A stretch of 64,000 nt of DNA from Cycas panzhihuaensis (lineage: Eukaryota > Plantae > Cycadophyta). Below the pieces are notes generated by a model that saw nothing but the letters and a program-made list of their open reading frames with translations, had not been told where the DNA came from and searched no databases. Below, in pieces: positions 1-11,555 of the stretch (position 1 is its first letter; every line of letters begins with the position of its first letter). Location of the stretch: positions 88,853,741-88,917,740 of the forward strand of contig CM041465.1 of the NCBI GenBank assembly GCA_023213395.1, written 5' to 3'. Both the position numbers and the translations under genes were made by a program.

Positions 1-1066
1 CTTGAATCAAGGGTGAAACAATATCCCAAAGTTGATTTGCAACCATTTTAGCATCCTGCCCAATCAGAATCTGAGAACCCCTCCAAGATGAAGTTCTCAT
101 TATATGTATACTAAAGGCCATGCTGCAATGTGCCTTTGAGGTATCTCAATATATGTTTTGTCGCATTCTAATGCTTCTAATTACGCTGAGACATGTACCT
201 AGAACAAATCCCAACTGCAAATGAAATATCCAGTCTAGTGTTGGTGAGATAGATTAGGCTACCCACTAGTTGTTGATATAATGTGGGATTTGTTGGTTCT
301 ACTTCCTCTTCGAACAAACTTAATACCATTCTCCATTGGTGTAGGAAAAGATTTGCAGTCATCCATTCTAAATCATTGCAAAATGTCCCAAGAATACTTG
401 GCTTAATAAATGGAGATATGACACGGTTGTTGCCACACCTCCATGCCTTAAAAATAATGGAGTCATCCAAGATTAGTCATCTCAAAACTCCTCTTAAGAT
501 CATCCTGGAAAATTTGAATTGTCTTAGTGTCATTTCCCGTGATCACTAAGTCATCAACATACAAAACAACAAAGACAACATGGTTCTCCCTAACTTTTAT
601 ATACAAGTTAGGATCTGATGAGGATCAATAATATCAGTGTCTCAAAAAATAATCATCAATTTTAGAGTACCATGCTCTTGGGGCTTGTTTAAAACCATAC
701 AATGCCTTCTTGAGGTGACAGACCAAATGTTGTTTGTCGTGTACAATGTATCTAGGAAGCTACTCCAAATATATCTCCTCTTGAAGATTGCCATTAAGGA
801 AGGCACTCTTCACATCCATTTGATAGATTGGCCACTTGCATTGAACAGCTGAGGGCAATATAAGTCTGATGGTGTTTATGTTCGCCACAGGTGCAACAAT
901 CTCCTTATAATCAATGCCTTCCTTTTGCTTAAAACCCTTCGTAACAAGTCAAGCCTTATAGTGCTCGATTAAACCATCAGAGTTGAATTTGGTTTTATAT
1001 ACCCAATTACAACTGATTGCTTGTTTGTTTTTAGGCAATTCCACCAAATCCCAAGTTCCATTCTTT
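1..1066 (-). mobile_element. Ty1/Copia pol fragment (RT into RNase H), degenerate, runs off left edge
   Basis: Minus-strand motifs KNGTWDLVELP...[42 protein letters not shown] (ORF 177-470) and GFSDSDWAGC; stops and frameshifts throughout. Confidence 0.92.
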
Positions 1067-1880
1067 ATTCCACCTCCTTATCTGATCAAGGTCAATTCCT
1101 TGTTTGTCTACGAGTTAAGAATAACCTTTCTCTCAATGATGCTCCCTACTCTAATTTTGACCATAAAAGGAGCATAGTCCTTGTGCCCTTAACTTAGCCA
1201 TACCTTTCTTTAATTTATAAGAATCTATATCATTTTTTTCTCAATTTACTGGAGTGGATGTAGATATGGAGTTTCTATTAATATGATTCAAGTTAATTTT
1301 GCTATGTAACCCCTTTTTTTCTATGAAAACATTGCATCTTCTAGCATACCAATCAATTCAATTATTCTTAAATCCCTTATTTCTCCATGCCATTACTTTT
1401 TCTAAATGCCTAGCATTTTATATGGCTTCTTGAATGCTTTTAAGAGTGTGTAATTTCAATTCTTCCCATAGTTCCTCCTTAAGGCCTCCAATGTAGGTCT
1501 TTAATAACCATTCTTTAGGCATATTATCAACTCAAGTTACTAAAGATTGAAATTTATTCACATAATCTTCTACTAATTCTAATTGGTGTATTTAAGTTGA
1601 TTAAAATAATTTTTATCCCATGTCTTTTCGTATTGCTTAAAAAAATATTCTATGAATGTTTGCTGATTTACTATCACGTCCTGTGTTTCATGGTTCCACC
1701 ATAAAAAACATTCATACGCATTTCCTTTCAAGTGTAGCAACACAACCGTTATTTTTTCTATGTCCTCCTTGAGATTAATTTTAAAATAAGCATCTAGTTC
1801 ACTTATCCAAATTCTGGGATCAGTATCAAAATCCTTCCCGAACTTCAAAATATTAATTTTATCACAATTTTTTTTTTGGA
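1067..1880 (-). mobile_element. Ty3/Gypsy gag fragment, degenerate
   Basis: ORF 1579-1848 (DPRIWISELDAYF...LHLKGNAYECFLWW) resembles the gag of the chromoviruses elsewhere in the window (e.g. 48182-48469); decayed gag C-terminal Cys/His motif near 1150-1190. Confidence 0.75.
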
Positions 1881-4082
1881 ACTATACCCTGCAAGCAATG
1901 GACCAATGATGGTCAAGCCACACTGCTATAGCCACAAGCAAAATAGAGAGATAGAAAGATTGACACAAGAACTTTAAGAGAAGGGAGAAAGTACTACCAG
2001 CAAAAGCCCTTCTGCCATGCCAATAGTCCTCATTAGAAAAAAAATGCCACATGGGAAACAAATGACTTTGTCAAGCAACATCTTGAGTTTTGTGGGTGAA
2101 GCCTCCTACAAAGGGGGAGGACTTCTTGTGAACCCAAGCCACAATGCTTGGCTCCCAGATCGACTTCCCTAGTTTAGGTTAACACTTAAGCACCCAAAAT
2201 TGAATGGCCCCTATTGCCCTATAAGAGGGAACGATAGTGTCATTGATATTCATCATTGTAGCATTGATTGGAGGTTCTCCTTCTCAGTTGCACCCCGATG
2301 GAGCATATTCTGATTTCATCTTTCATTTTAGCTTATTATTTTTAGCTTATTAAATTTTTAGGTTTTTGAGTTGCGTCACCCTTATGGATTTCCCGCATGA
2401 CATGCTTCAATTTAGAATGCCCACTTAATCAAGAAAAAAAAATCCATCCAATTCTACTAACACAATGCAATATAATACATTCATCGACTAGCATCAAAAG
2501 AAGTGTGTCAAAATCATAAACGAAAATGCTTTGTCAAGAGTAATCACTAGCATTAACCCAAGTATGTTGAAGGTACCACTCAACATAACATAAATAACCC
2601 TACCAACCATTTAACGCACATACTCCACCCACCCCCACTCTCTCATAAAGTGCACATGTCAACCATTGATCAACACAACATTAAGACTACGAAATTTAAA
2701 TATCCCCTAAAAGTATGGCTATCCCATTACATAATGCATTAAAATTATTTAAGTATATAACCCCCCAATAATGTTAAATCAAGTAGACTACATTAGACAA
2801 TCCGTCAACACAACTCCCCAAGGACTAGTCCATCAAAACTAAGTTGCATAAAATATAGTTAACTCCCTTATAACTCAAAAAAGCATACATTGTGTTCAAT
2901 CTATTCAACACTAATCATCAACTAAAAAGAAGTATAAATATGGTCAAAACATTTCTCTTATGGATATAGTTAAAATTTAATACATCATTATACATACGTA
3001 ACAAACACATTAAAGAATAGTCATCAAGCATCGGCATCAACTTGATCTTGTTGGGATCCTCATCAACATCCTTCTTGGGAACTTCTATTGAGCACAAACA
3101 ACAACTTCAAACTTCAATGTTGGTTGACAACACCCATCCTCAATGCACCCAAATCTAAAATCCAAACATTTATTGACACACCTATATTAATTGCTCAAAA
3201 CATCATATTCATGCTTCATCATTATTGATTAACATACTCTAGATGCACTGTCTAGTTAATGAAGCTACTAGAATTGAACTAATACGGTCTTGTTGCACAT
3301 AACACATCAATGGTTCAAGGCATCTAACACTATGAATCAAGACCTAGGTATTAACTAACAATATAGTCTAATTCTCATTCAGACCACTAATTGCAACTTC
3401 AGTCAACCGAGTGGAAGACCAGTGCTCATTTGCTCCCATATCCAAGCCTGCTATTAACCCATCAAAATCCTCTTTGGTCTACGAAAACTCCAAGATTTAT
3501 TTGATAAACCTCTATAGGCATACTTCTATGTCAAAATATAAAATGCAAGTAGCATATTTAACAGACACAACATTGAAATACCCTTAATGCATATTGAACA
3601 TCTGGTTGACTATCCCTGCTCGATCAACTCGAATAGCATGGGTGTGACTAATGCCCATCTTCAATCAACAAATTGCAATACACATACACATACACTCTCA
3701 ACAGAAAGTAGACATCTAAGGCATATTACAGTCACCGATGCCTCTAAATACATAGCCTCCCACTTTGTTGATTGCATCTCCATCAATGCAAAGAACAAGG
3801 ATGCCTTCAATAAATGTCCCTACTTTGTCACGCTATTGTAAATCACTCGGTTGACACCAATTATGATTAACAAAACAACAATGCCATCAACACAAGCCAA
3901 CACAACAAATACTAAAACTCTCAAGCATCATCAACTTACTTACTTTCAGTGCAACAAAGCAACTTCTCTTGGGCCATGTTGTTCTTGCCCACTAGTTGTA
4001 GGGGAGTTATATCATCCACAAAGGACCCTTCAAAATTTGAACTTAGGGAAAACGATGCCAAAATGTTAGAGAGGGTAGGATT

Positions 4083-4358
4083 TGTTAGAATAGCTTGGTT
4101 CACACTTCTCGAGGCAAAGTTGTAATGCGCATTTGTGCAATTAATTTTATTATTATGTTTGTATTTCGTGGTAGGTCCCACGCATAGCCAATTTGTGTAT
4201 TATAAATACACACTTAATGTGTCATATTGAAATATTGATGTAACAATGTTCTTATGGTGTTAATTCAAGTTAAGGTACCTTAAGGGTACCATTGTGATCC
4301 TAGTGTTTGTTTGTTTTAATTCTGCATTGCTATTTTCTGTCAACTTCATTTTTCTACA
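4083..4358 (+). repeat. 5' LTR of 4083-6526 element
   Basis: Direct repeat of 6267-6526; TATAAATA at 4201-4208; followed by PBS. Confidence 0.92.
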
Positions 4359-6266
4359 TGGCATTAGAGCCAAGTTGACTATCAAAGCTATGGTGAAAAA
4401 GCAAGGTTATTGCCAAGTTCTTTGTCTTGCAGGTTTACCATCGTTAAGGTGTTGCCAGTTCGTTATTGAGGATTTGTAGATTTTGTGAGGCTACCAATTT
4501 GTTGCAACATTTCTCATCATTGATGTGTATTAAGGTTGCCAATATTGCTGTTAAGGTTTGCAATTTGCTCATTGTGCCAGAAGCTCCATTGTGCCAGAGC
4601 CATTTCAACCCATCGCAATCTATTCAATTTCGTTTAGAAAGTCATATCATTCTGTTTGTGTCGTTCGTTCTTGTTTGAAGTTGTCTAAAATTTGTTTGTT
4701 CTATTCTATATATACATCATCCCATTTGGCTCCATCTGTATCTGTTGCACTCCATTTCTACCCTACACAATGGAATCATGCTGGTTTGCCAATTCTCAGT
4801 TTGTTGTAGGCTACTAGCTGCCAACAAGGATTTAAAGATAGCCATGGCTTGTGGTGTTGTTTGTGAAGACGTCTATTTGTGGATGTAACTGGTGTTGTGG
4901 TGAAAAACCTAATATGGCACCATAGTTTCCCATTGTCTATGACGTGATTTCATAGATTGTCTGTCTAGTTTGTTTTAGGTCTTCGCCCTTCTCAGTTTCT
5001 TCATCAATGCTCAACCAAATTGTCAAAATGGGTTTTGGAAATTAAGCCATTATGGGATATTGGTACTGAAAAATACGAAGCTCCAAAACTAGTTTATCTT
5101 GAAGTTGAATTAACACTTGATCAAGAGTAGGAATTGACAAAACTTCTAAAGAAAGATGTAGAAACACTCAATTACATCTTCTCTACTTTGAAAAAGAATG
5201 TATACACTCAGATATATCATGCTGCTACTTCAAAGGAAGCATGGAATATATTGAAATCTATTTATGATCTAGATGTCAAGCCACTTGAAGAAAAGCGTTG
5301 GTTGTTGAAGACAAAAACAAGTCTGAAAAGGTCAATAAACCTGTCATCCCATTTGCTTGTTTCAGAAGACCAAAGCCTTAAGGTAATATTACAGTGATCT
5401 AGATACAAGTAAACAAGATTCTCAAGAAAATACAAATATTCATGTTCGGAAGATATGTCGAAACATGATAAAAGGTATGTCAAGGAGACATGGTTGAAAA
5501 CATTGTTGATGAAACTACTACTAAATCTGAAGAGACTATGGTCGATTGCATTGTTGGATCTGATGAAACTACTGCTATTGAGTATGTTGAATGTAATGAG
5601 CCTATTGTTGTTATTGGATCTACTAATGATTGTGGTCAAGTAATTCAAGATGTCAAAGTTTCTTTAGATGTTCTTGTTACTTCAAAGTAGATTGCCCTTG
5701 AAGTCGAAGGTGAAATCAAATTTATTTATATCTCGATATTCTTGATAATTCAAATTCAAGTGAAGTTCTTGTTTTGAATATTGATTCAAATTTGGATATA
5801 CAAGTTTTGAAAGATGATTTTGATGATTCAAATAATGAGCAAGATTTGCAAATTGATGAAGATAAACAGATTATGATTGAACCTAATTTAGGAGATATTC
5901 TTGAACCGAATTTTGATACGAGAATGACAAGATCTTAAGCGATTCAAAATGATGAACCTAAGCAAAATACAAAAAGTCGAAAAAGGTTCATGATCCGAGA
6001 GAAATGCTACAAGATCTACATCAAAATCGAATGAATTTATAGAGAATTAGTATGATAATCAAAATGTTGTCTGAGATAATGAAGAACTCAATTTTACAAA
6101 GAAGAATGAAGCACATCAAGATCAAGCATCATTACTACATTTAAGAGTTGATACAACAAAGACAAATTGAAGACCAAGTTTCAAATATCATTTTCAAGAT
6201 ATTTCCAAGCTCAAGCACCGCAAACTCAAACCAACATCCATGTTCCCAAATGTGCATTATGGGGAG

Positions 6267-6526
6267 TGTTAAAATAGCTTGGTTCATACTTCTCGAGGTA
6301 AAGTGCAATTAATTTTATTATGATGTTGGTATTTTGTGGTGGATCCGACGCATAGCCAAGTTGTGTATTATAAATACACACTCGATGTGCCATATTGAAA
6401 TATTGATGTAATAATGTTCTTATGGTGTTAATTCAAGTTAAGGTACCTTAAAGGTACCATTGTGATCGTAGTGTTTGTTGCTTTTCATAGTACATCATTA
6501 TTTTCTGTCAATTTCATTTTTCTGCA
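6267..6526 (+). repeat. 3' LTR of 4083-6526 element
   Basis: Direct repeat of 4083-4358; preceded by PPT. Confidence 0.92.
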
Positions 6527-9500
6527 AGATTCAACATCTCCAACCAACCCAAATGCTCCAACAAAACACAAGAACCACATTCACCAGGAAAGAAGAGGAG
6601 AGCGAACAGACAATGAAGCATGGTGTGGAAGAATCTCCATGTATTCATCAATAGCAGCATACATACAATAAGAGGGCTTGAGCTCATGGGCTGCCAAGAG
6701 ACTCACACATCAATGCATCAACAACATTACCCAAACTATTGCCCCTCTCAACATTAAATGCATAACTTAGAGAAGTTGGACAGTTCACACCAACCCCAAT
6801 TAATCCACATAAATCCTCCTTTCTTTCTTTTTATCCTTATGCGACTCCCACATTACATTTATTATGGCAATGATACCCACATTCAGTAGGCCATCCACCT
6901 TATCCCCAAAACTATGATGTATGAACTACAAAACAATAGAAAGACGGAACCACATAACATGGTTGGAGAGAAAATGCTAAAGATAATATCCATGTCTACT
7001 AAATATGCATATCAATTTTTCCTAAATGCATGACATGAGCCCCAAATAAAAAAAAAACTTGACCTACTTCATCCAATATATATGCAACACCGAGCATCAA
7101 TCCCCTGAGCAATAATTTAAGGAGATCCCCACCAAAAAGAATAAAATATTCCACTGAAGAGTTAGAACCTCTAGATTGTCAGCTCCCATGTCAAACCTCA
7201 CCAGTGCATGTCTTGCCTTTACCTCTCTTCCGAAAGATTCTCACACATCCTGGCATTGACATCTGCATCACTTGATTTTCCAAATGTGATCAATTGGATT
7301 TTACAAAAAGAAATCCAGCAACATTATACAGTTATCCTTTAACACATCAGATGCTTCAGGCTATAAGCTCCAAAAAGGATGCTGTTAAGCACTGGGTGAA
7401 AAACTGCAAAAGAAAGTTAACATAAAAAAAGAAAAGGATGTGAACTTTGCATTCCTCTAGACAGCCCATAGCATCATCCCTGACAGTTTTTGATGGAAGC
7501 ATATAGCGAGACATCCAACAAAAGAATTTGATAACTTGGAACTTCTAACTCAATAGTGAATGACTGACACAAGAAAGAAAATGCACTTTTGATTGTATTA
7601 TCCACTGATGATCCTTAGATGCAGCTGTGTCTTAAGGCTAACCAATCCATGTTCAACACACACAGCAAATTTTTCCAAAGGCAGCCAGCAGAATCCACTC
7701 CCAGCATGTAAAGCCAATATACAAATATTCAGCCAACCCTCCAAAAGCAGACAAGAAGCTATAGAGTTTCAGAAGCCTTCAAATGGGTAGTACTTGCCCT
7801 TAAATAGATGAATCGGCAGCATTCAAAGGAACACAGGATCTTCTTATTTATTCCCATTTTTTATTTTCATATAAACAATATTGTTAACTGGGAACAGTTT
7901 ATAATAATATCAAATCAGAATATTTCTTTATAATTGTTTCTTAAATACACATGCATCACATGTTCAATTGCTAAACTCTCTGACCAAGAAAGGGACTATT
8001 AATTACTTCAATGAATAAATGAATCATTATTTTAAAACTAGAACACATCATGCAACTCTGATTTGTGAGGCCCTCAAGTACCACACCAAGTACTTGGTAT
8101 CTTCCCTATGAGATGCAGTCCCATAATCCAGAAAATACTAGATGTTAAAAGCTAAAAAGGAAACCAAAATGCTCTCTCATGCACCCCTTCAATCTTTATC
8201 CAAAAAAAGAGAGACCATTCTTTTCTTTTTTTTTTGGCCAGGAGAGGGAGTCCATGGCTACTGCTTTCACTTCTCTCTCAATGGCATTCCATTATCAAGG
8301 AATTTTTGCTATGTCCCAATGCTGCAATGGATAGAAAACAGCAAGCTCTTGCTCAGAAAATTAGATTGCATACACTATTTCAAATGGCAGTAAATGAAGA
8401 GCATAAGGTGAACATGAAATAAATAATTCTGACTTCAAAACAAAATAAGCCAAGCCACTTCCTCCAAGAAGGGCCAATAACAGGATACCCACACGCATGT
8501 GCACGCGCACACACACACAGTTTGAGGCTAGCAACCTTGAATGAAACACTAATTTTCCATGCACTATCCGTTACACTCCTTTCATCAATGAACTCAACAT
8601 GCTATAGCGTGTTGGCCAATTTTCAAATGATTGTATAAACAGTCCTCAACCACCTCTAACTTACTACTGCCTCAAAAGTTGTTTCTCAGCATTTATAGCT
8701 AACCCAATAACCATTTTGCACATTCTACCATGTGATGTATCATGAATGCTCGACTTTCCAATACTACAATACTTCTAGGGCTTGCAAGACCACCGACTCC
8801 CACTGTAACCAAAAATTTGGGTCTGATTAAAAATAGCAGTTTTGTACATTTTTCCCATGTAATATTCAAAAACGCTTAAAAGCATTCTCTCATTACCAAG
8901 AGGATGAAATCTTAATGATAGCTTTGGGCCATCACTGAGATCATTTTTTACTGTTTTTTACCAGAATGTCAAACAGAGTTGGGTTGACATCTTTCACTGT
9001 AAAATTGGTACTGGAAAAGTTGTGGGTGAATTTTACAGTACATTTGGTGCCTGTGGAAGCCAGGTCACTGTTTTACAGCGTATTTCATACCGAGGGATCT
9101 GGGACAACATTTTTCACAAGTTCTCCTCTTATTTTTTGTCATTGCTCTGAGATTGTTATGGGTCTTTACAGAAAGATTTCACACATTTTTGTCAAGCTAC
9201 TTTAAATTTCTATATTTTTTACTAAACATTTATTTACATAGATTTACATCAATTTTCTTCGGAAATTCATAAATGCATTTAATGTCCAACATAGACGTGT
9301 ATTATATGAACTTTGTGACCTTGGCCATTCCTGAGGCGATGGGCTTATATGTTCACCTCATTTCCTGTTTGCAACAGAAATTCTGGCTTAATAGATTGAC
9401 AGTTCACATGCTATAGGCACACACAAGTGCATACACTACCATAAGGGAATAGACTCATGACATGTTTATTTTCGATAAATATCTCCATTTAGAAGGAAGT

Positions 9501-9623
9501 TCTCCCGAGGACAAACATATTTAGTTCAAACAAGTCATTATACGATATGCCTGATTTGTTGGTTCATTTACAAAATCTACAGAATACAATGAAGGAAAAG
9601 GAAGAATGATGAAAGATAAGTAC

Positions 9624-9700
9624 TTGCAAGTGACTTGCCACATTTTCCCTTGTAAGCCCTTGAACATTCATCAGCTCAAGTATTCTCTTGGGAACGGCCT
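9624..9700 (-). CDS. ARR2-like: Type-B response regulator exon: GARP domain to SHLQ (77 bp)
   Basis: Acceptor atgcag|AG, donor CAA|gtactt; encodes (K)[25 protein letters not shown]. Confidence 0.95.
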
Positions 9701-9946
9701 CTGCATACATGCCAATCACTTGGGTTACACTCAAGTAGATTCTCTGCAAACAGCACCGTAAATTTCACAATATCAAGAAAAGAAATAAAGGTGTCATCAA
9801 AGTGCTCCCAAAAACCAATTCAGCTCATTCCCATAAGATTTTCATCCTCTTGTGGTTGATGTCGTTTAGCAAAATAACTTCTCTAATGTTAAACAGAGAA
9901 AACAGAGAATTATGCAAAAATAGATAAACGTAGCAACTGTCCTTAC

Positions 9947-10337
9947 TGTCAATTCCTAACTGGTTTACAGCACAGACAAACTGTTGATGAAGCTCCACAG
10001 ACCAGACTACTCGTGGTTTCTTTAGGGTAGAAGAATCGTCATTATCCTGTTCCCCATCATCATCATCTTCCTTCCTTTTCTTGAATGTTTACAATTACCA
10101 TTAGTTCCTTCATTGGCAGAGGATGCATACTCAACATCATCTAAAGCTTTCTTGTGCTTATCACTATCTTCAACGCTACCCGAATGTTCTAGTTCCTTTG
10201 ATTCATTCCTCTTTTCCGAATCACGTGCTGCCATATGGTCCTCAGTGCCTCTATGCGTACAGGTTTTATCAGGTAGTCACATGCCCCATGTTTGATTCCT
10301 TTCATCACTACACTTGTTTCCCCATCTGCTGACATCA
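9947..10337 (-). CDS. ARR2-like: Type-B response regulator exon: receiver C-terminus, linker/NLS, GARP N-terminus (391 bp, two 1-bp deletions)
   Basis: Acceptor ctgcag|TGATG, donor GACA|gtaagg. Reads [42 protein letters not shown] / [18 protein letters not shown]...[10 protein letters not shown] / [43 protein letters not shown] in three successive frames. A phase1-phase1 exon needs 393 bp; it has 391. Confidence 0.92.
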
Positions 10338-10445
10338 CTGCAGTTCCAGACAGCAGGTTAATTATTCGACCTTCTATTGAGATGGTAAATAAACCATAAG
10401 ACCTTTATGACCTAAACATGGGAATGTCTGGAACAGAAGACTCAC

Positions 10446-10598
10446 TGATGACAGGTAGATCCATCTCCAATCCAACATGTTCAAGAAGCTTAAAGCCATC
10501 CATGTCTGGCATGTGAACATCACTGATGACCAAGTCAAAGCCACCTCTTCTCTCTCGGAGCATTGATAATGCAACCGTTGCCCGACAGCATGTTGTAA
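10446..10598 (-). CDS. ARR2-like: Type-B response regulator exon: receiver domain core with phospho-acceptor Asp (153 bp)
   Basis: Acceptor ttttcag|TT at 10599/10598, donor ATCA|gtgagt at 10446/10445; encodes (V)[50 protein letters not shown]. Confidence 0.95.
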
Positions 10599-11555
10599 CT
10601 GAAAAAAGTAAGTTAATCATTGCCATTCATATCTCTAAAAATGAGCTTTGCAAACACAAAATCCTGGAGAACTATTAATTTAAATCTATACAATAAAAAC
10701 TTTCCATATTACTATATTTATTCCATAAAACACACAACTTCTTTTCCCAATTCTTATTCGCAAGCACTTCATGAAACCAAACACAGAAATGTGCAAAACA
10801 CAACAGCAACAGCATATCACTGCAAATATGAATTGCAACAACATTAACTCCAAACAGGGCATCATGCCATGTCAAAGAAATAAAACCACAACACTAACAC
10901 TGGAAATTGAAAATATTGAAGAAAGAAAACTAAAACTATGGACACCATGCCACACAGTGCATCTCCAAAACAGGCATCCCCAATTTCCAAGTGAGACTGG
11001 CACTTTAAATGTCTTCATTTAAGCACAAGCACTCATAAGAAATATGGGGATCCAATATTCTAACTCCTGAATGTGGAATACTTGCAAATGCCATCTTTCA
11101 ACCGGTAAACATTGGCACAGAAAATGTGTCAAAAGTGTTTTGAAGAAGAAAAATATTGCAAGTCCATAACAAAAAATATTGCAAGTCCATAACAATAGCA
11201 GTAACCTAAAATAAATTACCAAGACTTCTCAGAAATATGGAAAACATCTTTTAAGAAATACAGTAATTTCTTTCAAAATTAAAACTAGAATATACTGAAA
11301 CACTTTTCTGAGGCTATAATAGAAGAAAGAAGAATATATCATATTTGCTTGCCCATTCAAAAGATAGAATATTGGCAAGAAAAATACAAAGCGCACAAAA
11401 CCTATCACTACAATCTTCTGCTGGAGTAACACCTCAAACTTGAACTAAATGCTTCCTTTTGGGCCTGAGATCATATTTTCTGCAATTAATTCCTTAGACC
11501 ATAGGCTCCCAAGTTTTTCAAACAACAAAGTTTCCATTCATATTAAAGATAACAT

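Larger units (their letters stand above)
4083..6526 (+). mobile_element. Non-autonomous Copia-derived LTR element carrying only gag (TR-GAG-like), 2.44 kb
   Basis: LTRs 4083-4358 and 6267-6526 (TG...CA; about 27 substitutions plus a 16-bp indel by hand count); PBS tggcattagagc 4359-4370 (decayed iMet TGGTATCAGAGC); PPT attatggggag 6256-6266; TSD ggatt/agatt; Copia gag motif IYHAATSKEAWNILKSIY in ORF 5134-5397; no pol. Confidence 0.9.
9624..10598 (-). pseudogene. ARR2-like: Type-B cytokinin response regulator (ARR1/ARR2-like, receiver + GARP/Myb-like), internal exons only; frameshifted as assembled
   Basis: Three exons joined by GT-AG introns (10338-10445, 9701-9946). They encode receiver motifs [36 protein letters not shown] and [11 protein letters not shown], and GARP motifs [16 protein letters not shown]...[30 protein letters not shown]. 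Two -1 frameshifts at 10212-10215 and 10076-10079. Family identity is secure; pseudogene status is not. Confidence 0.85.

Noticed and set aside
2400-4082. Strand-biased, coding-like stretch that may be another decayed element continuing at 6532-6830
   Set aside because: No identifiable domain, LTR pair or PBS; cannot be supported.
7690-7725. Minus-strand YWLYM resembling the missing KYRLYL exon start
   Set aside because: No AG acceptor or Lys codon in front and no further similarity; likely chance.
9520-9556. cag|GCA TAT CGT ATA (AYRI) as the post-SHLQ exon
   Set aside because: No polypyrimidine tract, only YR matches, and a stop follows after 9 codons.
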